Positions 1-9,273 of a stretch of 64,000 nt of DNA are shown one piece after another (positions within the stretch are counted from its first letter, which is position 1; each line of letters starts with the position of its first letter). The notes under the pieces were generated by a model, which made no database searches, had not been told where the DNA came from, and worked only from the letters and a program-made list of their open reading frames with translations. This DNA is from an uncultured Actinomycetota bacterium (GTDB lineage: Bacteria > Actinomycetota > Actinomycetes > Mycobacteriales > SCTD01), in NCBI GenBank assembly GCA_963761655.1, contig CAVXHI010000011.1:412588-476587 (forward strand), in the 5' to 3' direction. A program made the translations under genes and the position numbers.

Positions 1-1062
1 GCGCTCGACGTCCAGGCGGCCTGCTCCGACGCGCTGGTGCAGCGGTGGACGACGGTCCCCTCGCCGTACACCGCGGCCGACGCCGAGACCTGGACCGGCA
101 CGGTCACGCGGCAGGGCTGGGAGGACGGGACGACGGCGACGTTCGTGGCGCTGCACGCGACCACGGGCCGGCTGCAGGGCGCGGTCTCGCTGATGGACAT
201 CGGGGCCGGCAGCGCCGAGCTCGGGTACTGGACGGCGCCGTGGGGCCGCGGCCAGGGCTTCACGGCCGAGGCGGTGTCGGCGGTCTGCCGCTGGGGCTTC
301 GGCGCCCTCGGGCTGTCGCGCGTGCTGTGGCGGGCCGACGTCGGGAACTGGGGCTCACGGGCGGTGGCGGAGTCCTGCGGGTTCACCGTCGAGGGGACCC
401 AGCGCCAGGGTCTGGTGACCCGGGACGGCACGCGGGTCGACGGCTGGACCGGCTCGCTGCTCGCCACCGACGACGCCGTCGACCGGCGTCCGTTCGGCTC
501 CTGGCGCGACCTCGAGGGCGACGGCCTGCGACTGCGGCGCTGGCGCGAGGACGACGTCGCGGCCGTGGTCACCCTGCAGTCCGACCCGCAGACGGCACGC
601 TTCGTGCCGGTCGCCTCCCCGTTCGGCCCGGCCGAGGGCAGGGCCTGGCTCGAGCGCAGCGAGCTGCTGTGGGCCGACGGCGCTGCGGCCTCGCTCGCGG
701 TGGAGCAGGACGGCGCTGTCGTCGGGCAGCTGGTCACGATCCGCAAGCCGGACCCCGGCGTGGTGGAGCTCGGCTGGGGCGTGCTCCCCACCGCTCGCGG
801 CAGAGGGGTCGCCGGCAGGGCGGTGCAGCTGCTGCTGCCCTGGATCGCCTCGCTCGGCGTGGTGCGGGTCGAGGCCCGTGTCGACGTCGACAACGCGCCG
901 TCGCTGCGGGTGGCCGATAGCGCCGGCCTCGCCCGGGAAGGAGTGCTGCGGGCGGGCCTGCGGCCGGTGCGGACGGGGCTCCCCCGCACCGACGGCGTCC
1001 TGCTGGCTCGGCTCCTGCAGCAGGCGGCGCCGTTCCGGTCCGGGGCTAGCTCGACGTCCTGA
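1..1062 (+). CDS. GNAT family N-acetyltransferase with two tandem RimJ/RimL-like domains (5' partial, continues upstream of window)
   Basis: Frame is open from base 1 ([24 protein letters not shown]). Two GNAT cores are present ([21 protein letters not shown] and [21 protein letters not shown]). Confidence 0.8.
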   Translation, partial: ALDVQAACSDALVQRWTTVPSPYTAADAETWTGTVTRQGWEDGTTATFVALHATTGRLQGAVSLMDIGAGSAELGYWTAPWGRGQGFTAEAVSAVCRWGFGALGLSRVLWRADVGNWGSRAVAESCGFTVEGTQRQGLVTRDGTRVDGWTGSLLATDDAVDRRPFGSWRDLEGDGLRLRRWREDDVAAVVTLQSDPQTARFVPVASPFGPAEGRAWLERSELLWADGAAASLAVEQDGAVVGQLVTIRKPDPGVVELGWGVLPTARGRGVAGRAVQLLLPWIASLGVVRVEARVDVDNAPSLRVADSAGLAREGVLRAGLRPVRTGLPRTDGVLLARLLQQAAPFRSGASSTS

Positions 1063-3310
1063 ACGCCCGCAGACGGAGGCTGTTGGTGACGACGAAGACG
1101 CTGCTGCTGGCCATCGCCAGGGCGGCGATCACCGGGTTCAGCAGCCCGGCCATCGCCAGCGGGATGCCGACGACGTTGTAGGCGAACGCCCAGAACAGGT
1201 TGCCCTTGATGACGCGCAGGGTGCGGCGGGCGAGCCGGACCGCGTCGACGGCGGCCAGCAGGTCCCCGCGGACGAGGGTGAGGTCGCTGGCCTCGATGGC
1301 GACGTCGGTGCCGGTGCCGACGGCGAGCCCGAGGTCGGCCTGGGCGAGGGCGGGGGCGTCGTTCACGCCGTCGCCGACCATCGCCACGACCCGGCCCTCC
1401 GCCTGCAGCCGCTGGACGACCTCGGTCTTGCCCTCGGGCAGCACGTCGGCGACGACCTCGTCGATCCCGACCTCGCGGGCCACCGCGCGGGCCGTGGCCT
1501 CGTTGTCGCCGGTCAGCAGCACGGGGCGCAGCCCGAGGGCACGCAGCCGGCGGACCGCCTCCGCGGACGAGGGCTTGACGGTGTCGGCGACCGAGAAGAC
1601 CGCGCGGACGGCGCCGTCCCAGCCGGCGAGCACGGCGGTCCGGCCCTGGGCGCGGGCGTCGTCGAGGGCCTGGGCCAGCGCCGGGGACAGCGCCATGCCC
1701 TTCTCCTCGAGCAGCTGCGGCCGTCCGACGGCGACGGCCTTCCAGCCGATCGACCCGGTGACCCCGAGCCCGGGGCGGTTCTCGAAGCGCATGACGGCCG
1801 GGAGCTCGCCCCGGGTGCGGGCGACGTCCGCGAGGGCCCGCCCGACGGGGTGCTCGGAGGCGTCCTCGAGGGCGCCGGCCATCAGCAGGGCCTCGTCCTC
1901 GGTCGTGCCCTCGACGACGACGTCGACCAGGGCCATGTGGCCGGTGGTGACCGTGCCGGTCTTGTCGAGCAGGACGGTGTCGACCCGGCGGGTGGACTCG
2001 AGGACCTCCGGGCCCTTGATGAGGATCCCGAGCTGGGCGCCCCGGCCGGTGCCGACGAGCAGGGCGGTCGGGGTCGCGAGACCGAGCGCGCACGGGCAGG
2101 CGATGACCAGGACGGCGACCGCGACGGTGACGGCCTTGCCGGTCGAGGCACCGGCGCCGAGCCACCAGCCCAGACTGCCGACCGACAGCGCGACGACCAC
2201 GGGCACGAACACGGCGGCGACCCGGTCGGCGAGGCGCTGCACCTGGGCCTTGCCGGTCTGGGCGGCCGTGACGAGGCGCCCGATCTGGGCGAGCGCGGTG
2301 TCGGCGCCGACCCGGCTGGCCTCCACGACCAGGCGGCCGCCGACGTTGACGGTCGCGCCCGTGACGGCGTCGCCCTCGCCGACCTCGACCGGGACGGACT
2401 CGCCGGTCAGCAGCGACAGGTCGACCGCGCTGCGGCCCTCGACGACGACGCCGTCGGTGGCGATCTTCTCGCCGGGCCGGACGACGAACAGGTCGCCGAC
2501 CTGCAGGGTGTCGGCGGGCACCCTCTGCTCGGTGGTGGTGCCCCGGGGGCCGCGCACCAGGAGGGCGGCGTCCTTGGCGCCGAGCGCGAGCAGGCTCTTG
2601 AGGGCGGCGCCGCTGCGGCGCTTGGCCCGGGCCTCGAGGTAGCGACCGGCGAGCAGGAACGCCGTCAGGGCGGCGCCGACCTCGAGGTAGACCTCGGGCG
2701 TGCTGCTGTGCGAGCCGACCCGCAGCTCGAACGGCATGCGGAAGGACGGCTCGCCGGCGTCGGTGCTGAGCAGGACGGCGATCGAGTAGCCCCAGGCGAC
2801 GAGGGCGCCGAGGCTGACGAGGGTGTCCATGCTGGCGCTGCCGTGGCGCAGGTTCGCCCAGGCGGCGCGGTGGAACGGCCAGGCGGCCCACAGGACGACC
2901 GGCGTGACCAGCTGCAGGGTCACCCACTGCCAGGAGTCGAACTGCAGGGCCGGGACCATCGACATCAGCAGCGCGGGCACGGTCAGCGCCCAGGCGGCGA
3001 GCGTGCGGTGCAGGAGCGGCCGGGTGGGGTCGACCTCGGTCGCGTCCTGCTCGGGCGACTCCGGCTCGGGGCTCGGCAGGACGGCGGTGTACCCGGCGGC
3101 CCCGACGGCGGCGACCAGCTGCTCCGGGGTGACGCGGCCCGCGTCGAAGTCGACGCTGGCCGCCTCGGTGGCGTAGTTGACCGAGGCGGTCACGCCCTCG
3201 AGCTTGTTGAGCTTGCGCTCGATCCGGTTCGCGCAGGAGGCGCACGTCATGCCCTGGACCGGGAGGTCGAGGTGCGCTGTCGTCGCAGGGCCCGCGGTGG
3301 TGTCGGTCAT
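1046..3310 (-). CDS. copA: Copper-translocating P1B-type ATPase
   Basis: 754 aa. N-terminal HMA domain [12 protein letters not shown], membrane CPC motif ([12 protein letters not shown]), DKTGT phosphorylation site, GDGVNDAP hinge. Start overlaps the upstream stop. Confidence 0.95.
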   Translation of the reverse strand: MTDTTAGPATTAHLDLPVQGMTCASCANRIERKLNKLEGVTASVNYATEAASVDFDAGRVTPEQLVAAVGAAGYTAVLPSPEPESPEQDATEVDPTRPLLHRTLAAWALTVPALLMSMVPALQFDSWQWVTLQLVTPVVLWAAWPFHRAAWANLRHGSASMDTLVSLGALVAWGYSIAVLLSTDAGEPSFRMPFELRVGSHSSTPEVYLEVGAALTAFLLAGRYLEARAKRRSGAALKSLLALGAKDAALLVRGPRGTTTEQRVPADTLQVGDLFVVRPGEKIATDGVVVEGRSAVDLSLLTGESVPVEVGEGDAVTGATVNVGGRLVVEASRVGADTALAQIGRLVTAAQTGKAQVQRLADRVAAVFVPVVVALSVGSLGWWLGAGASTGKAVTVAVAVLVIACPCALGLATPTALLVGTGRGAQLGILIKGPEVLESTRRVDTVLLDKTGTVTTGHMALVDVVVEGTTEDEALLMAGALEDASEHPVGRALADVARTRGELPAVMRFENRPGLGVTGSIGWKAVAVGRPQLLEEKGMALSPALAQALDDARAQGRTAVLAGWDGAVRAVFSVADTVKPSSAEAVRRLRALGLRPVLLTGDNEATARAVAREVGIDEVVADVLPEGKTEVVQRLQAEGRVVAMVGDGVNDAPALAQADLGLAVGTGTDVAIEASDLTLVRGDLLAAVDAVRLARRTLRVIKGNLFWAFAYNVVGIPLAMAGLLNPVIAALAMASSSVFVVTNSLRLRAFRTSS

Positions 3311-4143
3311 GGCTGCTCCAGCGTGAACTGCGCGGTGTGGACCCGGCCGCCGGTCTGGACCTCGAGGAACAGCCGGTACGTGCCCGGTCCGGGCAGCTCC
3401 GCCTCGAACGTCGTGCCGCTGACCGGGTGGAGGTGGGTGTAGGCGAGGTCGCCGGCCCGGAAGGCGACGAGGTGTCCCTCGGCCCCGAGGTACTGCTCGA
3501 GGGCGACCGGGCGGCCGTCTCGGCTGACCGTGAACGCCAGCCGGTCGCCCTGCCGGTCGAGGGCGACGTCGAGGTCGCCCGCGCGGGCCGTCGTCGTCGG
3601 GGCGGGGAGCGTGGCGGCCGTGACGGGGCCGCCGACGACGACGTCGGTGGCGAGTGCGCGGCGGACGCCGTCGACGGTCGCGTCGGCGACGACCCGGTAG
3701 CTGCCCGGGGCCAGCGCCAGGTCCTGGGTCCAGGTGCCGTCGGCCGCCATGGTCGGGTGCAGGTGGGCGAAGCGCTGGAGGTCGCGCTCGACGACGACGA
3801 GGTGCAGGCGCTTGGTCTGCTCGACGTCGAAGTCCGTGACGGCGTCGCCCGCGGCGTCCCGGACCGTGAAGACGAACGGGGTGCGGACGAAGGCCGGGAG
3901 GGTCCGCACCGCCGTGTCGAGGCGGAGGCCGCTCTCGCTCGCGGACGTGCCGAGACCGACGGGCGTGCTGCCGTGCTCGCCCTCGTGCATGCCGGTCATG
4001 GCGGTGGCCGTCGTCGTCCCCGCCCCGCCCTGGTCGCCCGTGGCGGCGCCGACACCGAGCCCGGCGACGAGCACGACGACCAGGCCCAGGGTGAACAGGC
4101 CCAGCCGGGCGGCCGCGCCGAGGCCCTCGAGGTACTGCCTCAT
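3307..4143 (-). CDS. Membrane-anchored/secreted cop-operon protein with two tandem repeats each carrying an HLHP motif (putative Cu-binding)
   Basis: Start taken at MRQYLEGL (ATG 4143, ATGA overlap with the copZ stop). N-terminal hydrophobic helix [21 protein letters not shown]. Repeats [14 protein letters not shown] and [13 protein letters not shown]. The upstream part of the 441-aa track ORF is an Arg-rich shadow frame. Confidence 0.7.
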   Translation of the reverse strand: MRQYLEGLGAAARLGLFTLGLVVVLVAGLGVGAATGDQGGAGTTTATAMTGMHEGEHGSTPVGLGTSASESGLRLDTAVRTLPAFVRTPFVFTVRDAAGDAVTDFDVEQTKRLHLVVVERDLQRFAHLHPTMAADGTWTQDLALAPGSYRVVADATVDGVRRALATDVVVGGPVTAATLPAPTTTARAGDLDVALDRQGDRLAFTVSRDGRPVALEQYLGAEGHLVAFRAGDLAYTHLHPVSGTTFEAELPGPGTYRLFLEVQTGGRVHTAQFTLEQP

Positions 4144-4343
4144 CGCGAGACCGTGTAGCCGGCCTCCTCGACGGCGGCCTGCACGGCGTCGTCGGAGACC
4201 CCCTCGCCGGTGACGGTCAGCAGTCCGGTCTCCAGGACGACGTCGACCTGCTCGACGCCGGCGACCTCGGTGACCTCCTCGGTGACGCTGGCGACGCAGT
4301 GGCCGCAGGTCATGCCGCTGACGGTGTAGGTGCTGGTGCTCAT
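4140..4343 (-). CDS. copZ: Copper chaperone, heavy-metal-associated domain
   Basis: 67 aa from [20 protein letters not shown] (GMTCxxC). AGGAGG lies 5 nt upstream of the ATG. Confidence 0.9.
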   Translation of the reverse strand: MSTSTYTVSGMTCGHCVASVTEEVTEVAGVEQVDVVLETGLLTVTGEGVSDDAVQAAVEEAGYTVSR

Positions 4344-4374
4344 GAGGTCCTCCTGGTGCGGTGTCTGTCCTGGT

Positions 4375-4403
4375 GGAACACATACCCCCGGGGGGTGTGT
4401 TCC
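4375..4403. promoter_or_regulatory. Candidate CsoR operator: 29-bp G/C-tract dyad in the copZ/csoR divergent spacer
   Basis: GGAACACATACCCCCGGGGGGTGTGTTCC. Outer 8-bp arms are perfect (GGAACACA/TGTGTTCC), with inner C4/G4 arms. Centred in the 85-nt spacer between the copZ start (4343) and csoR start (4429). Confidence 0.6.
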
Positions 4404-4428
4404 CCTGAGGGTCGAGGAGGTGCACAGC

Positions 4429-4722
4429 ATGACGGAGCAGGTCGTCCGGGGGTACTCGGCGAGCAAGGAGCAGCTGCAGAGCCGGCTCGCCCGGATCGAG
4501 GGGCAGGTGCGCGGCATCAGCGGCATGGTCGAGCAGGACCGCTACTGCGTCGACGTCCTGACCCAGATCAACGCCGTCCGGGCCGCGCTCGACAAGGTCG
4601 CCCTGGGGCTGCTGGACGGGCACGCGCGGCACTGCCTGGTCGGCCAGGGGGGCGGCCCCGTCGACCCGGAGGAGCAGGTGCAGGAGCTCATGGGCGCCGT
4701 CGGGCGGATGCTCAGCCGGTAG
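4429..4722 (+). CDS. csoR: CsoR-family copper-sensing transcriptional repressor
   Basis: 97 aa from MTEQVVRGY. RIEGQVRGI...DRYCVDVLTQI...HARHC pattern (Cys/His/Cys Cu(I) ligand positions). GAGGAGG lies 8 nt upstream of the ATG. Confidence 0.9.
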   Translation: MTEQVVRGYSASKEQLQSRLARIEGQVRGISGMVEQDRYCVDVLTQINAVRAALDKVALGLLDGHARHCLVGQGGGPVDPEEQVQELMGAVGRMLSR

Positions 4723-4815
4723 CAGGGGGCCGTGGCGTGGGGGCCGCGGTCACCGTCGCCGCGGCAGCCCGGGTCCGGCGCGGCCTGGTCCCACCAGCCA
4801 CAGCCGTCACAGCGT

Positions 4816-4889
4816 CCCCACGGGCCGCGCCTGTCCGTGCACAGCGACGTGCCGGGGCCTCTGGGAGGTGGCTGCGCACGGTCGAGCGG
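4816..4889. repeat. Copy A of a duplicated hairpin element (candidate structured RNA or intergenic repeat)
   Basis: Arms GTCCGTGCACAGC (4833-4845) and GCTGCGCACGGTC (4871-4883) pair at 11 of 13 positions around a 25-nt loop. About 85% identical to copy B, which lies 163 nt downstream. Confidence 0.5.
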
Positions 4890-4977
4890 TACTGGAGTGG
4901 CGACAGGGGCGCGGTCGTCCCATCGTCCCCACCGGTCGCCGCTCGCTCGTCGCGCCGGCCGCGGCCGTCCCCCGAGG

Positions 4978-5052
4978 CCCCACGGGTCTGCCCTTGTCCG
5001 TCCACAGCGACGTGCCGGGGCCGCTCGGAGGTGGCTGCGGACGGTCAGGCGG
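4978..5052. repeat. Copy B of the duplicated hairpin element
   Basis: Arms GTCCGTCCACAGC (4996-5008) and GCTGCGGACGGTC (5034-5046). The G-C pair of copy A is replaced by C-G at the same stem position (compensatory change). Confidence 0.5.
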
Positions 5053-5162
5053 GATCAGAGTGACGGGAGCGGCCGCAGTGGTTCGAGGGGAGGCCGCCCC
5101 GAACGGCACAGGGGCGCTGACCGCACCCCCACCGGCGGCTCCCCGGCAGCGGCCGGACACGG

Positions 5163-5194
5163 CGACGGCCGGCCCCCGCAGGGACCGGCCGTCG
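5163..5194 (-). terminator. Hairpin terminator candidate downstream of the response-regulator gene
   Basis: Perfect 10-bp inverted repeat CGACGGCCGG/CCGGCCGTCG with a 12-nt loop, 14 nt past the stop at 5208. No U-tract, so an actinobacterial I-shaped type. Confidence 0.5.
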
Positions 5195-5207
5195 GGGCGT
5201 GCGGGGC

Positions 5208-5948
5208 TCAGGTGATCTCGAGCAGCTTCTCGCGGACGGCGTACACGACCGCCTCCATGCGCGAGTGCAGCTGGAGCTTCTCCAGGATGTTGCGGATGTG
5301 GTTCTTGACGGTGTTCTCGCTGATGAACAGCTGCTTGGCGATGTCGCGGTTGTTGAGGCCCTTCGCGACGAGCTTGAGGACCTCCATCTCGCGGTCGGTC
5401 AGGCGCGGCGTCGGGACCTGCTGGCGGTCGTCCGTGCGCTTGATCATCGAGGCGAACTCGGTGAGGAGCTTGCTCGCCATCGAGGGGCTGATCAGCGACT
5501 GCCCGCCGTGGACGGCGCGGATCGCGCTGGCGACCTCCTCGATGGAGATCTCCTTGAGCAGGTAGCCCATCGCGCCGGCCTTGATGGCGTCGTAGAGGTC
5601 GGCCTCCTCGTCCGAGATCGTCAGCATGATGATCTTGGCGGAAGGCACGGTCTCGTGGATCGCGGTGCAGGCGTCGATGCCGCCGCGGCGCGGCATGCGG
5701 ACGTCCATGAGCACGATGTCCGGCGTGGTGTCGGCGCACTTCTCGACGGCCTCGGTGCCGTCGCTGGCCTCACCGACGACCTCGATGTCGGGCTCCTGCT
5801 CGAGGACCATCTGCAGGCCGCGGCGGAACAGCGCGTGGTCGTCGACGACCAGCACGCGGATGGGCTCGACCAGCAGCCCCGGGACGGGACCGCCCGGCAC
5901 GGGCTGCTCGGACAACAGGTCCTCCTGGGCTCGGTGGGACGTCAGCAT
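5208..5948 (-). CDS. Orphan NarL/LuxR-family two-component response regulator
   Basis: REC domain (RVLVVDDHALFRRG, DIVLMDVRMP) plus GerE HTH (LTDREMEVLKLVAKGLNNRDIAKQLFISENTVKNHIRNILEKL). Start uncertain: ATG 5948, or TTG 5915 behind GGAGG. No kinase gene is adjacent. Confidence 0.9.
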   Translation of the reverse strand: MLTSHRAQEDLLSEQPVPGGPVPGLLVEPIRVLVVDDHALFRRGLQMVLEQEPDIEVVGEASDGTEAVEKCADTTPDIVLMDVRMPRRGGIDACTAIHETVPSAKIIMLTISDEEADLYDAIKAGAMGYLLKEISIEEVASAIRAVHGGQSLISPSMASKLLTEFASMIKRTDDRQQVPTPRLTDREMEVLKLVAKGLNNRDIAKQLFISENTVKNHIRNILEKLQLHSRMEAVVYAVREKLLEIT

Positions 5949-6021
5949 CCTGCCACGCTCGGCGACAGGACGCGGAAGGGCGCGACCGGCCGCGGCCGGT
6001 CGCGCCCTCGGGCCCGCTCGA

Positions 6022-6639
6022 TCAGGACGCGGCGACCCGGATGACGCCGTAGTCGTAGCCGTGCCGCCGGTACACGACGCTCGGCAGCCCGTTGCTGCTG
6101 TCGACGAACAGGAAGAAGTCGTGCCCGACGAGCTCCATCTCGTGCAGCGCCTGGCAGGTCGTCATGGCCTCGGCCTCGTGGGTCTTGTCGCGCACGATCA
6201 GCGAGTCGGTGTCGTCGGCCGGCTCCTCGGGCCGGTCGAGCACCGCGACGGCGCTCTCGGGCTCGCGGGCCAGCGGCAGGTCGGACGGCAGGCCCGCCGT
6301 CGCCTCGGCCACCGACGCCGGCGTCTTCGCGCCGTGGTGCACGCGGCGGCGGTCGTGGCTGCGGCGCAGGCGCGCCTCGAGCTTGAGGACGGCGGTGTCG
6401 AGCGCCGAGAGGAAGTCGGCGGCACAGGCCTCGGCCCGGATGACCGGGCCCTTGGAGTGGCAGGTGATCTCGACCCGCTGGCACCGGTCGGACTGGCGGG
6501 GGTTCTTCTCGTGGCTGAGCTCGACGTCGACGCGGTGCACCCGGCTGTCGAGGCGTTCCGACAGGGCCATCTTCTCGCGCACGTGCTCGCGGTAGTGGTC
6601 CGGCACCTCGACGTTGCGACCCTTGACGACGATGTCCAC
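6022..6639 (-). CDS. hpf: Ribosome hibernation promoting factor, long form
   Basis: N-terminal YfiA/S30AE domain (VKGRNVEVPDHYREHV, ITCHSKGPVIRAE) and C-terminal dimerisation domain (MELVGHDFFLFVD...VVYRRHGYDYGVI). GAGGAGG precedes the GTG start. Confidence 0.95.
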   Translation of the reverse strand: MDIVVKGRNVEVPDHYREHVREKMALSERLDSRVHRVDVELSHEKNPRQSDRCQRVEITCHSKGPVIRAEACAADFLSALDTAVLKLEARLRRSHDRRRVHHGAKTPASVAEATAGLPSDLPLAREPESAVAVLDRPEEPADDTDSLIVRDKTHEAEAMTTCQALHEMELVGHDFFLFVDSSNGLPSVVYRRHGYDYGVIRVAAS

Positions 6640-6858
6640 GCAGTCCTCCTCAAGCAGGGATCTGCCGGCGTCGCCGCGGGTGCGGCAGGTCGTGTCGGGG
6701 CTCTCCTCGAGGTCGCGGCGGTCGCCGGCAGGCGCCGTCTGTGGCGCTGTCCGGACCGTAGACCCGGATCGGCCGTCTGCACAGGGGTCAGGTCACTCGT
6801 GACCACCCGGGACGGTCAGCAGTGACGGCGGGGACACCCCCGTCCGGCGCAGTGCGCG

Positions 6859-7521
6859 TCACGTCCCGGTCCCGGCGACGGCGGCCGCGCCGAGCAGGTC
6901 CCCGCCGGCCGCGCGGAGCGCGCGGGCCGCCTCCAGCACGGTGGCCCCCGTGGTGAGGACGTCGTCCACGACGACCAGCACGCCCGACGGCGGACGCCGG
7001 CAGGCCAGGGCGCCCTCGAGGTTCTCCGCCCGCTCGGCGGCGGACAGGCCGGCCTGGTCACGGGTGCGGCGCACGTGGACCAGCAGCGGGCGGACGGTCG
7101 CGGGGACGCCGGTCGCCCCCAGCGAGGCGGCCGCGGCCCGGGCGAGGCGCAGGGCGTGGTCGTGCCCGCGAGCCCGCACCGCCGACCGGGTCGAGGGCAC
7201 CGGCACGAGGACGACGCCGGACGGCGGGTGCAGGGCCGTGACGGCGGCCGCGAGAGCGCCGCCCAGGGGCCGGGCCAGCCGCAGCCGCCCCCGCTCCTTG
7301 TGCGCCAGCAGGGCCGACCGCGCGGGGTCGGCGTACGGGCCGGCGCACACGGCCAGCAGTCCGGGCAGGGGCCGGGCGACCGGGGCGGCGGCGAGGTCGG
7401 CCGTGCAGTCCGGGCACAGGTCCGCGCCGGGCAGGTCGCAGCAGGCGCAGGCCGACGGCAGGACGAGGTCGAGCAGGTCGCGGAGCACGACCCCACGCTC
7501 AGCCGTCCCGGGACGGTGCAC
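6859..7521 (-). CDS. comF: ComF-family phosphoribosyltransferase-like protein
   Basis: N-terminal Cys cluster (CACCDLPGADLCPDC) and PRPP-binding loop VVVDDVLTTGAT. Confidence 0.85.
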   Translation of the reverse strand: MHRPGTAERGVVLRDLLDLVLPSACACCDLPGADLCPDCTADLAAAPVARPLPGLLAVCAGPYADPARSALLAHKERGRLRLARPLGGALAAAVTALHPPSGVVLVPVPSTRSAVRARGHDHALRLARAAAASLGATGVPATVRPLLVHVRRTRDQAGLSAAERAENLEGALACRRPPSGVLVVVDDVLTTGATVLEAARALRAAGGDLLGAAAVAGTGT

Positions 7522-7548
7522 CAGGGGCCGGGGCGCAGCTGTGGACGG

Positions 7549-9273
7549 TCAGCCGGGGTAGGCGGGCTCCCCGCCGGGCGACTGCCGCCCGAACACGTCG
7601 TCCGACTCGGCGTAGAGGGTGGGCGGGTCGTCGCGCCGGCTGTCGGGGCGGGCGGCGAGCACCACGGGCCGCCCGGACGCCGCAGCGACCGCGACGGGGG
7701 TGACGCCCTGCGGGAGCCGCGCGCCGAGCGGGACGATCGCCCCGGACCCGTCGACCGGCACCCGCGACGGCAGGACGCCGAGCGGCCGGAAGGTGGCGAG
7801 GACGACGAGGGAGGTGCTGCTCTCCCAGGCGACGTCGACCAGGTCGGTCAGCCCGGGGACGACCTCCTCGAGCCCGAGCACCCGCCAGCCGGCGTCGTCG
7901 CGCTGGAGCCGCCCCACCAGCAGGTGCGGCGACGCGGCCTCCCCGGCGAGGACCGCCACGCGGACGCCGTCGCGGGAGACGCGCACCTGCCGCAGGGGCA
8001 GGTCGAGGTCGGGCACGGCGACGCGCTGCACCCCGCCGTCGGGCGGCAGGAGCGCCAGTCGGCCGTCGTCGAGCAGGAACAGGCCCTGCTCGCCGCTCCC
8101 CCACGTCGGGGAGGTGAACGCGCCCCCGGCGCGGCGGACGCTGCGGGCGGCGGTGCGGCCGGTGCGGACCTCGACCTGCCCGTCGGGCCGCCCGGTGAGC
8201 AGGCCGAGCGTGCCGTCGGGACTCACCGCGACGACGTCGACGGGCAGGTCGGGCGCCTCGGAGCGGTCGTCCCCGGCGTCGTCGGGGGTGAGGGTCTGCA
8301 GGCGGCGGGCGGCGACGAAGCGCAGCGGGGCCCGGGCGGGCAGGCGCTCGGGGTCGTAGCTGCCGAAGGCGCCCGCGCTGAGCGCCCCGGCCCCGAGGCC
8401 GACCTGGAACGGCTCGCCGCCGGCACGCAGCCGCAGCCGGGCGAAGCCGGTGCGCAGCCCGCGCAGGGTCCAGACGAGCTGGGCGGCCAGGCGCTCGCGA
8501 GCGGGACCGTCGAGGCCGGTGACCTGCTCGGACAGGTCGACGGTCACGGTGCCGTCGGTGGCCGTGCGCACCGGCCGGCGCAGGGTGGTGCCGGGCGGGA
8601 CGGCGGTGGTGACGCTGCCGCGCAGCACCGTCGACGGGCCGTCGAGCACGCGCTGCACGAGCCGCTCCGCGGGGTCGTCGCGGGGCAGCCACAGCAGGTC
8701 GGGCACGACGTGGTCGGGGGCGACGCCGGGCCGGGGCGACGGCGCGAGGAACTGCACGGCCCGCGGCGCGTAGGAGCGGGCGAGGTCGGCGGGGGTGATC
8801 CGGAGCCCGTTGTCGAGGGAGGCGATCCGGCAGCGGCCGTCGGGGCAGTCGACCCGGAACGTCTCGGTCTGCGACTTCGACACGCGTCGGTACACGCCCT
8901 CGCTGTCGACCGTCGCGACGACGTCGAACTCCACGCGGACCAGCGCGGGGTCGGACTGCTGGACGGGCTGCGGGGGGCGGGTGGCGTCGTAGACCAGCAC
9001 GCGGCCCTCGTCCTTCCACGACGACGCGAGCGTCGGGGTGAGGAAGCTGCGGGCCACCGCGTGCCCGTTCTCGGGGCTGCTCTGCGCGCCGAGGAAGGCC
9101 TCGACGATCTGCCGGGGGGTCGCGTCCGGCTGCGGCCCGGCCGGCAGCACGGCGACCTGCTCCTCCCGGGGGCGCTCCTGGGGCACCGCGCCGGGTGTCG
9201 CGACGCCACCGGGCAGGGGCAGGCCGCACGCGGGCAGCAGCAGCAGGAGCGCCAGCGCCGCCAGGCGCCTCAC
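7549..9273 (-). CDS. lpqB: MtrAB-associated lipoprotein LpqB
   Basis: GTG 9273 overlaps the mtrB stop (GTGA). Lipobox LLLLLPAC followed by G. 574 aa. The N-terminal 513 aa of track ORF 7549-10812 is out-of-frame overlap with mtrB. Confidence 0.9.
   Translation of the reverse strand: MRRLAALALLLLLPACGLPLPGGVATPGAVPQERPREEQVAVLPAGPQPDATPRQIVEAFLGAQSSPENGHAVARSFLTPTLASSWKDEGRVLVYDATRPPQPVQQSDPALVRVEFDVVATVDSEGVYRRVSKSQTETFRVDCPDGRCRIASLDNGLRITPADLARSYAPRAVQFLAPSPRPGVAPDHVVPDLLWLPRDDPAERLVQRVLDGPSTVLRGSVTTAVPPGTTLRRPVRTATDGTVTVDLSEQVTGLDGPARERLAAQLVWTLRGLRTGFARLRLRAGGEPFQVGLGAGALSAGAFGSYDPERLPARAPLRFVAARRLQTLTPDDAGDDRSEAPDLPVDVVAVSPDGTLGLLTGRPDGQVEVRTGRTAARSVRRAGGAFTSPTWGSGEQGLFLLDDGRLALLPPDGGVQRVAVPDLDLPLRQVRVSRDGVRVAVLAGEAASPHLLVGRLQRDDAGWRVLGLEEVVPGLTDLVDVAWESSTSLVVLATFRPLGVLPSRVPVDGSGAIVPLGARLPQGVTPVAVAAASGRPVVLAARPDSRRDDPPTLYAESDDVFGRQSPGGEPAYPG

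Noticed and set aside
878-3442. Long antisense or alternative-frame ORFs. Examples: 878-3442, 7075-9846, 14382-17804, 22528-24156, 23364-25358, 42929-45742, 43695-45470, 55680-57944.
   Set aside because: These are typical high-GC shadow ORFs. Their composition is dominated by R/P/G/A with no motifs, and each lies opposite or out of frame to a gene with clear family signatures.
3307-4632. 441-aa version of the cop-operon protein and the 128-aa version of copZ
   Set aside because: The upstream extensions are Arg-rich and overlap copZ/csoR and the operator region. Internal ATGs at 4143 and 4343 give coupled, motif-complete proteins.
4816-5052. Hairpin pair as 6C RNA
   Set aside because: The minus-strand loops are C-rich, but the two hairpins are 163 nt apart rather than adjacent, and the flanking context does not resemble what I recall of 6C. 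No assignment is made.
4732-5565. ORFs in the csoR / response-regulator spacer (4732-5565, 4868-5215, 4712-5005, 4299-5063)
   Set aside because: The composition is junk-like with no SD or motifs. The repeated peptide-like segment falls in different frames in the two repeat copies (163-nt offset). The region is treated as noncoding.
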